NCBI GenBank assembly: GCA_965223795.1
Contig: CBDCXL010000002.1
Location: 832,001 to 896,000, forward strand
Source: Nitrospinales bacterium
GTDB lineage: Bacteria; Nitrospinota; Nitrospinia; Nitrospinales; VA-1
Direction: 5' to 3'
DNA length: 64,000 bases
A model generated the notes under the pieces. That model was given only the letters and a program-made list of their open reading frames with translations, made no database searches and was not told the DNA's origin. A program made the position numbers and the translations under genes. This document shows, piece by piece, positions 32,013 to 41,790 of this stretch (its first letter is position 1; each line of letters opens with the position of its first letter).

Positions 32013-33161
32013 ATGAGTTATTTTAAGTTTAAACAAAAAGTCAATCTAGCTAGAAGCATTATCACAAAAAATGCGCCAGTATATATTCAGTATTATATTA
32101 CTGCACGCTGCAATCTAGTTTGCCAACAATGCAATATTATTTATGCACATGCTGACGTCCCTGAAATCGGCATTGAGAAAATAAAATTATTAGCCGCAAA
32201 CCTTAGAGAAATTGGAACCAGCATTGTACTCTTAATAGGTGGTGAACCATTTGTTCGTGAAGATTTGCCAGAAATAATAGAGGCCTTTGTCAATGAAGGT
32301 ATTCATGTTCGCATGCAAACCAATGGCTTGGCATCTCGAACTAAACTACAAAATTGTGTTAACGCAGGCGCTAAGGATATAAGTATCTCACTGGATACTC
32401 TCAACATTGAAAAGCAAGAATTCATAAATGGAGGGTATAGAAACTCATTTACAAGAGCTATGCAATCTGTAGAAGATGTCAATAGCATATTTCCAAACGA
32501 TGGCACTGCCTTTTTTGGAACCGTTCTTATGCCTGATAACTTTAGGGATATTCCTAATGTTATTAAATTTGCCACCGCCATTGGTTGGGGAGTATCCCTT
32601 GTCCCTGCCCATACCACCTCATCTACGAAACCTCTGGGTTTTCGAACCTATGATAGTAATATTAATTTTTCACAAAACGAATTCGAAGAGGTTGGAGATA
32701 TTCTTGAAGAATGCCGAAGTCTTAGAAAAAAGGGATACAATCTCTATGACTCTGATGAATATATCGATGACATTTATCGGTTTATTACAAATAAACCACT
32801 AAAATGGAGAAGAAGAAATTCCGGTATCTGCGATAGCCCCAACCTATATTTTGCAATTGAGCCGAATGGACAGCTAGCCCCATGTTGTGATTTTCGGCTG
32901 GATCGTCCAATACCTGTTTATGATCCGGAATTTCCTAATTGGTATCGCAACCGTTTAGTGCACAAAGAAGTAGAAGCCCACACTCTCACCTGTTCAGGGT
33001 GTATGTATGGTAGCTATCCGGAAATGACTATTACAGCTAGATATTTTAAACCTTTTATCCATAGGTCTTTATTTTTTCTAAAACCCCCTCCACGGCTAAA
33101 AAAACTCAAACTCAATCAACTTTTAGAACTCGCCGAAAAATTAAATAACAGCAGTGGATAG
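32013..33161 (+). CDS. Radical SAM protein with C-terminal SPASM/twitch-like Cys cluster
   Basis: CNLVCQQC, GGEPF, TNG, ISLD; C-terminal ICD...APCC...CSGC. Confidence 0.85.
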   Translation: MSYFKFKQKVNLARSIITKNAPVYIQYYITARCNLVCQQCNIIYAHADVPEIGIEKIKLLAANLREIGTSIVLLIGGEPFVREDLPEIIEAFVNEGIHVRMQTNGLASRTKLQNCVNAGAKDISISLDTLNIEKQEFINGGYRNSFTRAMQSVEDVNSIFPNDGTAFFGTVLMPDNFRDIPNVIKFATAIGWGVSLVPAHTTSSTKPLGFRTYDSNINFSQNEFEEVGDILEECRSLRKKGYNLYDSDEYIDDIYRFITNKPLKWRRRNSGICDSPNLYFAIEPNGQLAPCCDFRLDRPIPVYDPEFPNWYRNRLVHKEVEAHTLTCSGCMYGSYPEMTITARYFKPFIHRSLFFLKPPPRLKKLKLNQLLELAEKLNNSSG

Positions 33162-33173
33162 CACTAGCCCACT

Positions 33174-34070
33174 ATGAATTTATCAGCCGCGTTACTCCAC
33201 AGCATTCTTCGCACATTAAACTCTCCCTGGATCACTCTAGCTCCTGAAATAAAAAAAGAAATCTCTGAATCGCTCATCGTAGAAAAGCATAAGAATTCTT
33301 TTGAAATTATTTGGAAACGAAATGGAAGCGAATTAAAAAGTTCGTATCCAAGTTCGTCTTTTACTTTTTACGAACACAAAATTAAGGAGAAGAATAATCA
33401 ACAAAATATAACAAACTTTTCCAATAAAAATATTGATATCATTGAGAAAATCATTCAAGATCTTACAGGAAACCCTGAATGGAAAGGAATAGACACTACT
33501 TTTCCACGTAAAAACAGTTTCTATCCTTGGCAATACATCACTACCTGGAACTCTGTTATTGTTTTAGCTTTTGCTGCAAATGGATATAGCTCAATTAAAG
33601 TATTATTGATTTTATTGCTTCTATTAAATCTCGAAATATTTTTTTTCAATTATTTATGGATTGGGATTACACCTCTTTACTTTTCATCTCTGATGAAATT
33701 ACCTTTCACGGGTATTTTTGGAAGTATCGGCATATTTTTTATTTCATGCCTTTCCCCTAATAAAATTGGGAGGATTAGAAATATTTGCACTTCCCTTGCC
33801 ACCTTCACCCTAAATTATTTATTTTCTACACAATACAGCTTATCATCAAATACATTCTTACATTCACATTGGTGGTTATTTTTGATATTTTTGACACTAA
33901 TGCTTTTTAGTTTGTTTAAAGACTCTCACGCATTATTAATACCGATAGCATTTCCATGGTTCGCAATAGGACTGATCCTCGATGGAGCTACCACTGTTGG
34001 GATAATTTTGGGATTTTCTATTCTAATTAGAACTCTATTTCAAAATGCGACTTCAAATACCCCTATTTGA
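33174..34070 (+). CDS. Hypothetical membrane protein
   Basis: 298-aa ORF in an AT-rich region, hydrophobic C-terminal half. Confidence 0.65.
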   Translation: MNLSAALLHSILRTLNSPWITLAPEIKKEISESLIVEKHKNSFEIIWKRNGSELKSSYPSSSFTFYEHKIKEKNNQQNITNFSNKNIDIIEKIIQDLTGNPEWKGIDTTFPRKNSFYPWQYITTWNSVIVLAFAANGYSSIKVLLILLLLLNLEIFFFNYLWIGITPLYFSSLMKLPFTGIFGSIGIFFISCLSPNKIGRIRNICTSLATFTLNYLFSTQYSLSSNTFLHSHWWLFLIFLTLMLFSLFKDSHALLIPIAFPWFAIGLILDGATTVGIILGFSILIRTLFQNATSNTPI

Positions 34071-34114
34071 AAATTCTAATAATATCTCCTTAATACAATT
34101 TCATTTTATCTATT

Positions 34115-36295
34115 TCATCTTCCAGACTCGTAATCTAAATATTTTTCCATAAATGTTTCATCCAATACCGCTTTCAATGAAATAATTTCCAAACTCTTGG
34201 GTTTTATATAAGGTTCCCGGGTTTTATATTCCAACCATATAGATCTTATCTTCCTTATTGGCTGTTCATCAATAGACGCCAATGCCTCAATTCTTATTTT
34301 CCTATCACCAATATCAGAAGAGTCATCAATAAATGTGTGAATGTATTTTGACTCCTTAGTATCTGTGAACCCTAGAGACATACTACCTTTAGTAAAATAT
34401 TTTTTAAAAACGTCACTGTTAATCCGATAAACAATCTTTATATGGCTTGCGAGTATTTCTTTTTTTAAATCATACTCAATACGGATATTTCTTGACTTTA
34501 CTTTTAATATATTATTTTCCTTATCATATTTATTTTGATTTTTATCTTTTATACCTTCACCCAAAATCTCATATTCCTGCAAATGCCTTTTAAACTGTTT
34601 TTTCTTTGAATTTCTTTCTAATATTGCCGCGAATTTAAATTCTTTTAATAATTTGTAGTTTTCCAAGATATACAATTCTATGGAATTTCCAAATCCCTTA
34701 AAATTTGGACTACCCTCTTCCCACCAAGAAGTTTGTGTTTTTATATCTGATCTAAATGAAGCAATCTTTACAGCATTCAAATTTCTTCTAGTATTCAAAA
34801 TAATAAACTCAGGTTTCTTTTCCTCCAATTCCTTAATAGCCAATTGCTTGTACTTTTCTCCTGGCTTTAAATCAAACAGTCCATCCCGGGCTGTCAAAGG
34901 AGATGGTCTTTCTGTCCAATGGTTATAATATCCCCATGGATAAACAAATAGATATTGGTCTTTTGTTGTATTTTCTTCAACAAATTGGTTAATACGTAAA
35001 TATTCATCTCTTGTGCTTTTTGTAACTTCAAAACCCACTTTTTCGAAATAAATCTTTTCCCCATCACTATTATTGGTATTCTTAGCACTAAAATTAAAAA
35101 TACTTTTATTTTCTGCAGACAATACCACCCAGGTAAACATAGAAGCAAACAATACTGAATAACCAACCATTGGCTTTAGTTTATTTTCCTTGAATTTTTC
35201 TAAATATTTATTTACTAATTTTTCGCACACGAACATTCCGATTGTTATTGCTGGGACTAATCCATAAGCCAGATATTGATAACTTGGACTGGATAAAGTC
35301 CTAAAGTAAATCATAGAACCGTAAATACCCAATATCCCAAATTTAATTTCATGCAGATCTTTACTCACAAAAAATTTTACAGAAAAATATATTATCCCCA
35401 AACCATATATAATAATTGGAATATAGAATCGTAATTCTGTGGATAGTAAAAATGTTATGAGTGATGCAAAAAACGAATAAGGAGTGTCAATTTTTATTGA
35501 TGGAAATACTGGGAACCATTGTGAACGAGCTGGATTGTTTGAACTAAAATTCGTTACCAAGTCATAATAATATTGAAGGTAGCTTGCAAGTACACTATGG
35601 GCATATAAGTACAGAAATAAGGGACCAATTAATGAAATTAGCCCTATTGCATACCAAAATAAATATTCTTTTATCGGTATATGTTTTCTATTTATTGCCA
35701 GACAAATTAAACCAAATCCAATTGCCAACAAGGAAGGGAATCCATATTCAAACCCAAGTAGGATTCCTATAGATGTGAGACAGCCAGCGAAGAATGCATA
35801 TTGCTTGCTCTTTGCATTGCAAATGGAATATATAAAAAAAGCAATTGCTAACTCTGCTCCCAGGTGCCTTGGTGATGCCCAAATATTATTCACATAGTGT
35901 AAAATGCAAATGAAAATGAATAATATACGAATCAACGAATTTTTACATAATAGCCTTATGTATAAATAAGATAACAATATTCCTAATGTAGGCAATACCT
36001 GAGTCTGCACAAAAAGAAGAGCATAATGATTTTTACCACCTAAATAATAAAATGGGATCTGAATATATAAATATAGTGGCCCATACCACCAAAAATAATC
36101 TTTATGAAAAACTCCACCCTTTAAGACACGATCAAATGCCTCAATGTTTAGGACATGATCCAAATAACCAATTTCATTAGCATCAAGTGTAGGATAAAAA
36201 TATTTATAATAATTGTTGCCAAAGTGAAATAATATGAAGGCTAGAACAATAATGTATTCAACAGATAAGATGTGTTTGTTTTTTACTTGACCCAT
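34115..36295 (-). CDS. Multi-pass membrane protein, putative GT-C glycosyltransferase
   Basis: HKDYFWWYGPL in the first periplasmic loop, about 12 TMs, soluble C-terminus; inverted relative to neighbours. Confidence 0.6.
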   Translation of the reverse strand: MGQVKNKHILSVEYIIVLAFILFHFGNNYYKYFYPTLDANEIGYLDHVLNIEAFDRVLKGGVFHKDYFWWYGPLYLYIQIPFYYLGGKNHYALLFVQTQVLPTLGILLSYLYIRLLCKNSLIRILFIFICILHYVNNIWASPRHLGAELAIAFFIYSICNAKSKQYAFFAGCLTSIGILLGFEYGFPSLLAIGFGLICLAINRKHIPIKEYLFWYAIGLISLIGPLFLYLYAHSVLASYLQYYYDLVTNFSSNNPARSQWFPVFPSIKIDTPYSFFASLITFLLSTELRFYIPIIIYGLGIIYFSVKFFVSKDLHEIKFGILGIYGSMIYFRTLSSPSYQYLAYGLVPAITIGMFVCEKLVNKYLEKFKENKLKPMVGYSVLFASMFTWVVLSAENKSIFNFSAKNTNNSDGEKIYFEKVGFEVTKSTRDEYLRINQFVEENTTKDQYLFVYPWGYYNHWTERPSPLTARDGLFDLKPGEKYKQLAIKELEEKKPEFIILNTRRNLNAVKIASFRSDIKTQTSWWEEGSPNFKGFGNSIELYILENYKLLKEFKFAAILERNSKKKQFKRHLQEYEILGEGIKDKNQNKYDKENNILKVKSRNIRIEYDLKKEILASHIKIVYRINSDVFKKYFTKGSMSLGFTDTKESKYIHTFIDDSSDIGDRKIRIEALASIDEQPIRKIRSIWLEYKTREPYIKPKSLEIISLKAVLDETFMEKYLDYESGR

Positions 36296-36466
36296 CAAAT
36301 TTTAATTTATAAATGAATCCATAAATTATTCAAAATTTCACATCCACCTATTCCCAAAATATAACCACAATAAAATATACATATTTTTTCACCTAAAAGT
36401 GCTATTCACTTGTCCCACTTTTTAATATTTAAATGATACCGAGTATGCTCATTACTATTAGCACTC

Positions 36467-38560
36467 ATGCTGATTAAAGAAAATATCCTAATTATTATAA
36501 TTATTGCCGTATCACTTATTTTACGCTTGATGGGTATATTCTTTGGATATCCTTATGCATTGAATTTTGATGAAATGCAAGATATCCCAAACATATTAAA
36601 AATGTTACAAGATACTCATCTTAAGCCCCCTCATTATATTCATGGGTCTTTTTACTTTTATTTCTATGAATTTTTCACCTTGATATATTTTTTGCTTGGT
36701 AAGTTTTTAGGAGCCTACAAAGATGCATTTGATATTTACCCCGTAGACCTGATCGTTTTTTCAAGGTGCATTAGTGCCATATTAGGGACAATAACTGTCT
36801 ATTTAACTTACAAAATTGGAAAACTCTATCATTCAAAACAAGTTGGGTTAATTTCAGCCGCATTACTTTGCACCTGTTTTCTTCATGTGATGGTTTCTCA
36901 CTACGCCACACAGGATGCATTATTGACTCTTTTAATATTACTTTCATTTTTTTGGGCAATCGATGCTTACAAGACGGATCAATTAAAAAGTTATATTCTA
37001 TTTTCCTTTTTTGCTGGATTATCTACAGCCACTTCAATGACAGGAATTCTGTCAATGGGTGTCATTGCATTGGTTTTATATCGGCATAAAAATAATCTAT
37101 TAAACAAAGTTCTTCTTATAAGCTTTACAGCTCTTTTTACTTTTTTATTATTTTCACCATATTTTATATTGGATTTTTCAACCTATTACTCTGACATTAA
37201 GTTCACTTTAAATTTCCATGAAACTGGTAAAGGAGCTGAATTTGCCAGTGATTTAAATGGTGAACCTACCTGGTTATGGTGGATAAAATATTTTACCTCG
37301 ACCGGCATTCTTTGGCCTTTTTCTATAGCAACCCTAATCGGTTTCGTATTTTTGACAAATAAAAGAACCATAAATTGCTTATTGGTAACGATTTACCCGA
37401 TATTGTGGGCCATGGTTCTTTTAGGTCATTCTGTTCGCTATGATAGGCATGGCACTTCATTACTACCCTTTTTTGCGTTAATAGCCGCAATTGGCATTAT
37501 TGAGCTTTATCGTTACTTTCAAATTTATTTTAAAAAGCAATTGTCCTTCAAATTTGTAATTATATTTTTTTGTTTTACCTTTATCTTCTACCCACTTTTC
37601 ATATCAAGTGCTTTCGGATATTTATTAACAAAAAACGACACTTCATTACGTACAACGAATTGGATAATTAAAAACATCAAAAAAGGCTCTAATATCTGTG
37701 TAATGACTTCAAGGGGAACAGAAGAATTTTCTGTTCCTTTCAATAAATTGAAAGATTCTTACAACACACTATTCACACATTTACATTTTGATGATTTTGT
37801 CACAGATCCAAATATTTATCTTTCTGAAGGCATTCAATATTTGGTTATAGGAGGAGATTACTCAAACCAGTCCATTGTTTATAAAAATGTATATGGAAAT
37901 AAGAAATATAATTTTTTCAGACAAGTCAGAAATAATTACAAGCTTTTAGCCAAGATAGAAGAACCGTTATTTGAAAAAGGGTTTTTCAGTCCTCGTAATT
38001 TAGAGCGCTCAGCAACAGCAAACTTCAATCATCATAGAACTTATGAAATATATTCATTAATAAAATCAAAAAATATTAATAGTGATAGACAGCACTATCA
38101 ATACTCCAAAAGATACCAGAAACTATTTTCTCCTGGAGATTTATTAAAATTTTCTAAAGCATCTTTAATACAAGATAAGAACAGTCGTTTAAATGAACTC
38201 TTATATTCGAAATCAACAAATGACAAGAGCACTCAAATAATCGCTGGACCCTATGAAAAAATACCTGTAGGAAATTACGAAGCTATATTCTCTCTAAATG
38301 TCAATGATTGTGATTCTGGTTTACCTGTGGCAGAAATTGCAGTAAAAACAGGAGGAGCGAAAGATACTCTTTCCAAGCAAATACTTTATTGTGAGGATTT
38401 TAACTCACAAAAGAAATTTCAAAAATTCAAACTATCTTTTCATAATCCAGTTGTTAATTCCTGGAAACCACAGATAGAAACTCCGATATTTTTAACTGGG
38501 AACGGGAGTTTGTTTTTGGAATTTATCGAAATTAAAGGGCATGGTCTTGATTTTGGTTAG
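36467..38560 (+). CDS. ArnT/PMT-family (GT39-like) lipid-carrier-dependent glycosyltransferase
   Basis: NFDE after TM1, SRCISAILG, SHYATQD, YDRH..LLPF; C-terminal beta-rich domain (GPY...GNYEA). Confidence 0.75.
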   Translation: MLIKENILIIIIIAVSLILRLMGIFFGYPYALNFDEMQDIPNILKMLQDTHLKPPHYIHGSFYFYFYEFFTLIYFLLGKFLGAYKDAFDIYPVDLIVFSRCISAILGTITVYLTYKIGKLYHSKQVGLISAALLCTCFLHVMVSHYATQDALLTLLILLSFFWAIDAYKTDQLKSYILFSFFAGLSTATSMTGILSMGVIALVLYRHKNNLLNKVLLISFTALFTFLLFSPYFILDFSTYYSDIKFTLNFHETGKGAEFASDLNGEPTWLWWIKYFTSTGILWPFSIATLIGFVFLTNKRTINCLLVTIYPILWAMVLLGHSVRYDRHGTSLLPFFALIAAIGIIELYRYFQIYFKKQLSFKFVIIFFCFTFIFYPLFISSAFGYLLTKNDTSLRTTNWIIKNIKKGSNICVMTSRGTEEFSVPFNKLKDSYNTLFTHLHFDDFVTDPNIYLSEGIQYLVIGGDYSNQSIVYKNVYGNKKYNFFRQVRNNYKLLAKIEEPLFEKGFFSPRNLERSATANFNHHRTYEIYSLIKSKNINSDRQHYQYSKRYQKLFSPGDLLKFSKASLIQDKNSRLNELLYSKSTNDKSTQIIAGPYEKIPVGNYEAIFSLNVNDCDSGLPVAEIAVKTGGAKDTLSKQILYCEDFNSQKKFQKFKLSFHNPVVNSWKPQIETPIFLTGNGSLFLEFIEIKGHGLDFG

Positions 38561-38608
38561 CAGTATACTCTTTAACCTATTTCCGAAATTGATTTTATAT
38601 ATATCTTC

Positions 38609-41600
38609 GTGATCATTTTTGGAATCCTCATTTTTTCTTTTTTCTTTAATTCTCTCGCTATTGCGGCCACACAAAATGAACGACTTGAAAAAACAGAAGT
38701 CGTTCATGTCTCCTACCCTATTTCTAATTTTTCATCAGCTAAGTTTTTACTAAATATAAATGAACTTGACGATAAATTATTGCCTGGCTCTTACAATATT
38801 AAGGCAAAATTTAATTTTAAATCGAAGATATCCCCTATAAAACTCAATAACATTATCCTGGCTTCCAATGAGGAATCTTTTTCTAACCCGCTTTCCTCGA
38901 AAAAAATTTTAAATAATCCCCTCCCATCTATACCCTTAAATGTAAATAGTAAAAATCGGCCTTTAAATTACAAATTTCCAAACTTAGATATTCCGTTTTC
39001 CAATCTCGATCAACTGAATTTAGATTATTTTGATCACAGCTCAAAGAAATCCTCAGAAATTCAATTGGAAATGGTAGTTTCCGGTGAGAATTTAAAAAGA
39101 GCAAAAGTGTTCGTCAAAGGAAATTACAACCCCTTAATATTAAAGAACTCTGAATATTTAGTCACTTCTCCCTGGAATAAGAAAAATTTAGGATATTTGA
39201 TTAAGAGAACAATAGATTCGGCACCCAATCAAGCGTGGCAATATAAATATAAAAATAAATATTTATTTTTTCAAAAGCGGTTTACATTTGATCTTTCAAA
39301 AATAGAAGCTATTGATTTTGTTTTTAAAAAAGGGGTTGATTATAAACTCATTAGAAAATTGAATTGCAATCTTAGAGTCGGATATGCTCTCCGAATAAAG
39401 CCAACTAAAATTATTGAATGTAAGAAATTCCCCCAAAAATTCATGCATTTCGAAAATGGCATGGGATTTCGCCTTTTCATTGCTGATTATATTCGCTCCG
39501 AATTTACAAATGACGTTAAAATTTATCTAGATGAATTGATATTTTTTATTCCAAGTTCATTATCTCCTAATTTTACGGACCAACCATTAAATTCAGTTAA
39601 TTTCCAAGAACTCACAATCCCAAGAAAAAGTATTCGCAGTAATCTGAGCGAATCAAAAGAAAATCATAAAGAAACGGAACCTACTTTTTATTTTTATAAT
39701 CAAATTGAAACATCGTCCTCGGGGATGATGCATTTAAAGTTATCTTTAGATAAAATTTCTGAAATTATTGGCAGCAACGGCATAATCCACAGTATAAATC
39801 TTTCTTCACATTCGAATAATTCAACAAGACAACAACTTCATAAATTAAAAATTATCAATTTTATATTGGGGGATCTTCCTATCACTCAAGACATAGGAAA
39901 TCAACTATCGGTTCGCTGGGGAGGTCTTTTCTTAAAACCAAATGAACAAGAACATAAAATTGAAAGTGTCCATGTTAAATCATTTATTCCTTTTTACGAT
40001 ATCCCCCAATATTTCAGCTCACGATATCTAACAATCAATTCCGAATATTTGGGGTTAAAAACTTATTATAATTCACCAACAAAATCATTTAAATATTATG
40101 GGTTGAAGTTTAAAACCGATGGATATTTTTATAAGCGGGATTCTGAAATAAATGGCCTTGATTTGGAAGGCAAAGGAAATTGGATTGAATTTGAACTGCC
40201 ATTTAACAGCACACTTGATAACGGCACGAGATTTTTTCTGGATTTATATCAAGGTTGGCATAATATTTTGGACATCCAAGTTTTTCCATTTATCCAAGGT
40301 ATAGAGCAGCCACCTTTTTCCCCATTGATTAACAAGTCATATAAAACGATAAATTCTTCGCATAAAATTGAAAAATTCAGAATTCGCATTAACTTAGTTG
40401 GAGGATTTTATCAAATATTACTAAAAGAAATTGCGATTTTTAATCCTATACTCATTGAACCTTCAAAGGTTTTTGACAATTCACTTCCACTTGAAACTGA
40501 AATTCCACTGATTCCCTATAACATTCAATCTACTCCTAGGAAAAATATTAAACACTCGCAAGGGCGTATCAGTACTTATCTCTTCGGAGATACTAGGCAA
40601 ATAAAAAAACTTGCTTGGGAGACAACGATTGAAAAAAAACTGAGTCAGATTCGAGGCCTGAAATTATCATACAAAATACCACCCATTTTGCAAATCAGTA
40701 ATCCCTGTTGGCTTCAAATTACATTGATAAGTAACAAACAAAATGTTTCAGACAAAGTTTGCCCGGACAGGACTGCAGATCAACTTATAATTCCTTTAAA
40801 TTCTTTTTTTACCAACTTAGATATCCAATCGAATGACACGGTCAAAGCAATTAAATGGGAAATCACTACAAAAAATAATATTCCTCCTGATAAAAATTCC
40901 TGGCCGATTGAAATTGGTGTATCAATATTTAACTATGAGATTGATACATTACGAAATCACATTGCTAAAACTCCAATTATCTTTTGGAATGATCATATTT
41001 TATCTCCAGAATTCATCAAGGAGTTTAAATTTGAAGGGAATTTAAAAGAAGCTTTATGGATGAACATTGGAGTGTTAAAAAAAGATTTCCGCAAAAACAA
41101 TTTTCCTATACTCGGTTTATGGGATCATCCCTACCTTGAAGTTGAAAGTATTAATTTAGAAAAAACCAAATCAATATCCCTAGATGAATATAATAATTTA
41201 ATTCAAATTAACTCAGAAAGTACAACTATCGGAAATACGCACTACATATCGATTTATAGGATCATTTTATTTTTCTTTTTAATTATCGTTTTGTTTGAAG
41301 GCACAAAACATTCACAAATACTCTTGAACACTGAGTGGAAGTTGTCTTTTTTTAATAAATCTTATATTTCATACTTTAAGTTTTTATATTTTAGCGCAAT
41401 CATTCTTTACTTGATTGGCTGGATATTTAGTTTAATCAACTGGCGAATTGGTGCAGATATCTTCTTGAGTTTTGCAAGTATTGTAGTGGTTTTAATTTTT
41501 CATAAATACATTTTTAGATCTAGACATAAGATTGAAAATATTTGTCCCAATTTAACTCCTTTAATATTTAAAAGTTCAGGCACTCCCTATCTTTTTGGCT

Positions 41601-41752
41601 TTTTAACCTCTCTTGCCATATCAAACCTATTTTTATTGGTACTATTAAATCCGATAGCCGAGCATATTGCCATTATTGGTTATTATTTGCTGATCATTGG
41701 ACTGATTCTTGAGAGTAAAGCCTTATTAAAAAAATTCCATCTAATTAGATAA
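38609..41752 (+). CDS. Large hypothetical exported/membrane-anchored protein
   Basis: 1047-aa ORF; signal-peptide-like N-terminus (SLAIAA), long soluble region, about 5 C-terminal TM helices. Confidence 0.65.
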   Translation: MIIFGILIFSFFFNSLAIAATQNERLEKTEVVHVSYPISNFSSAKFLLNINELDDKLLPGSYNIKAKFNFKSKISPIKLNNIILASNEESFSNPLSSKKILNNPLPSIPLNVNSKNRPLNYKFPNLDIPFSNLDQLNLDYFDHSSKKSSEIQLEMVVSGENLKRAKVFVKGNYNPLILKNSEYLVTSPWNKKNLGYLIKRTIDSAPNQAWQYKYKNKYLFFQKRFTFDLSKIEAIDFVFKKGVDYKLIRKLNCNLRVGYALRIKPTKIIECKKFPQKFMHFENGMGFRLFIADYIRSEFTNDVKIYLDELIFFIPSSLSPNFTDQPLNSVNFQELTIPRKSIRSNLSESKENHKETEPTFYFYNQIETSSSGMMHLKLSLDKISEIIGSNGIIHSINLSSHSNNSTRQQLHKLKIINFILGDLPITQDIGNQLSVRWGGLFLKPNEQEHKIESVHVKSFIPFYDIPQYFSSRYLTINSEYLGLKTYYNSPTKSFKYYGLKFKTDGYFYKRDSEINGLDLEGKGNWIEFELPFNSTLDNGTRFFLDLYQGWHNILDIQVFPFIQGIEQPPFSPLINKSYKTINSSHKIEKFRIRINLVGGFYQILLKEIAIFNPILIEPSKVFDNSLPLETEIPLIPYNIQSTPRKNIKHSQGRISTYLFGDTRQIKKLAWETTIEKKLSQIRGLKLSYKIPPILQISNPCWLQITLISNKQNVSDKVCPDRTADQLIIPLNSFFTNLDIQSNDTVKAIKWEITTKNNIPPDKNSWPIEIGVSIFNYEIDTLRNHIAKTPIIFWNDHILSPEFIKEFKFEGNLKEALWMNIGVLKKDFRKNNFPILGLWDHPYLEVESINLEKTKSISLDEYNNLIQINSESTTIGNTHYISIYRIILFFFLIIVLFEGTKHSQILLNTEWKLSFFNKSYISYFKFLYFSAIILYLIGWIFSLINWRIGADIFLSFASIVVVLIFHKYIFRSRHKIENICPNLTPLIFKSSGTPYLFGFLTSLAISNLFLLVLLNPIAEHIAIIGYYLLIIGLILESKALLKKFHLIR

Positions 41753-41790
41753 CACAAGGGCACTTCTCTAAATTTAATACGAGACCTCGC

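Larger units (their letters stand above)
17601..41790. other. Low-GC, probably horizontally acquired glycan-modification island
   Basis: Abrupt fall in GC after 17600 and abrupt recovery at about 41790; contains an IS element. Confidence 0.8.
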
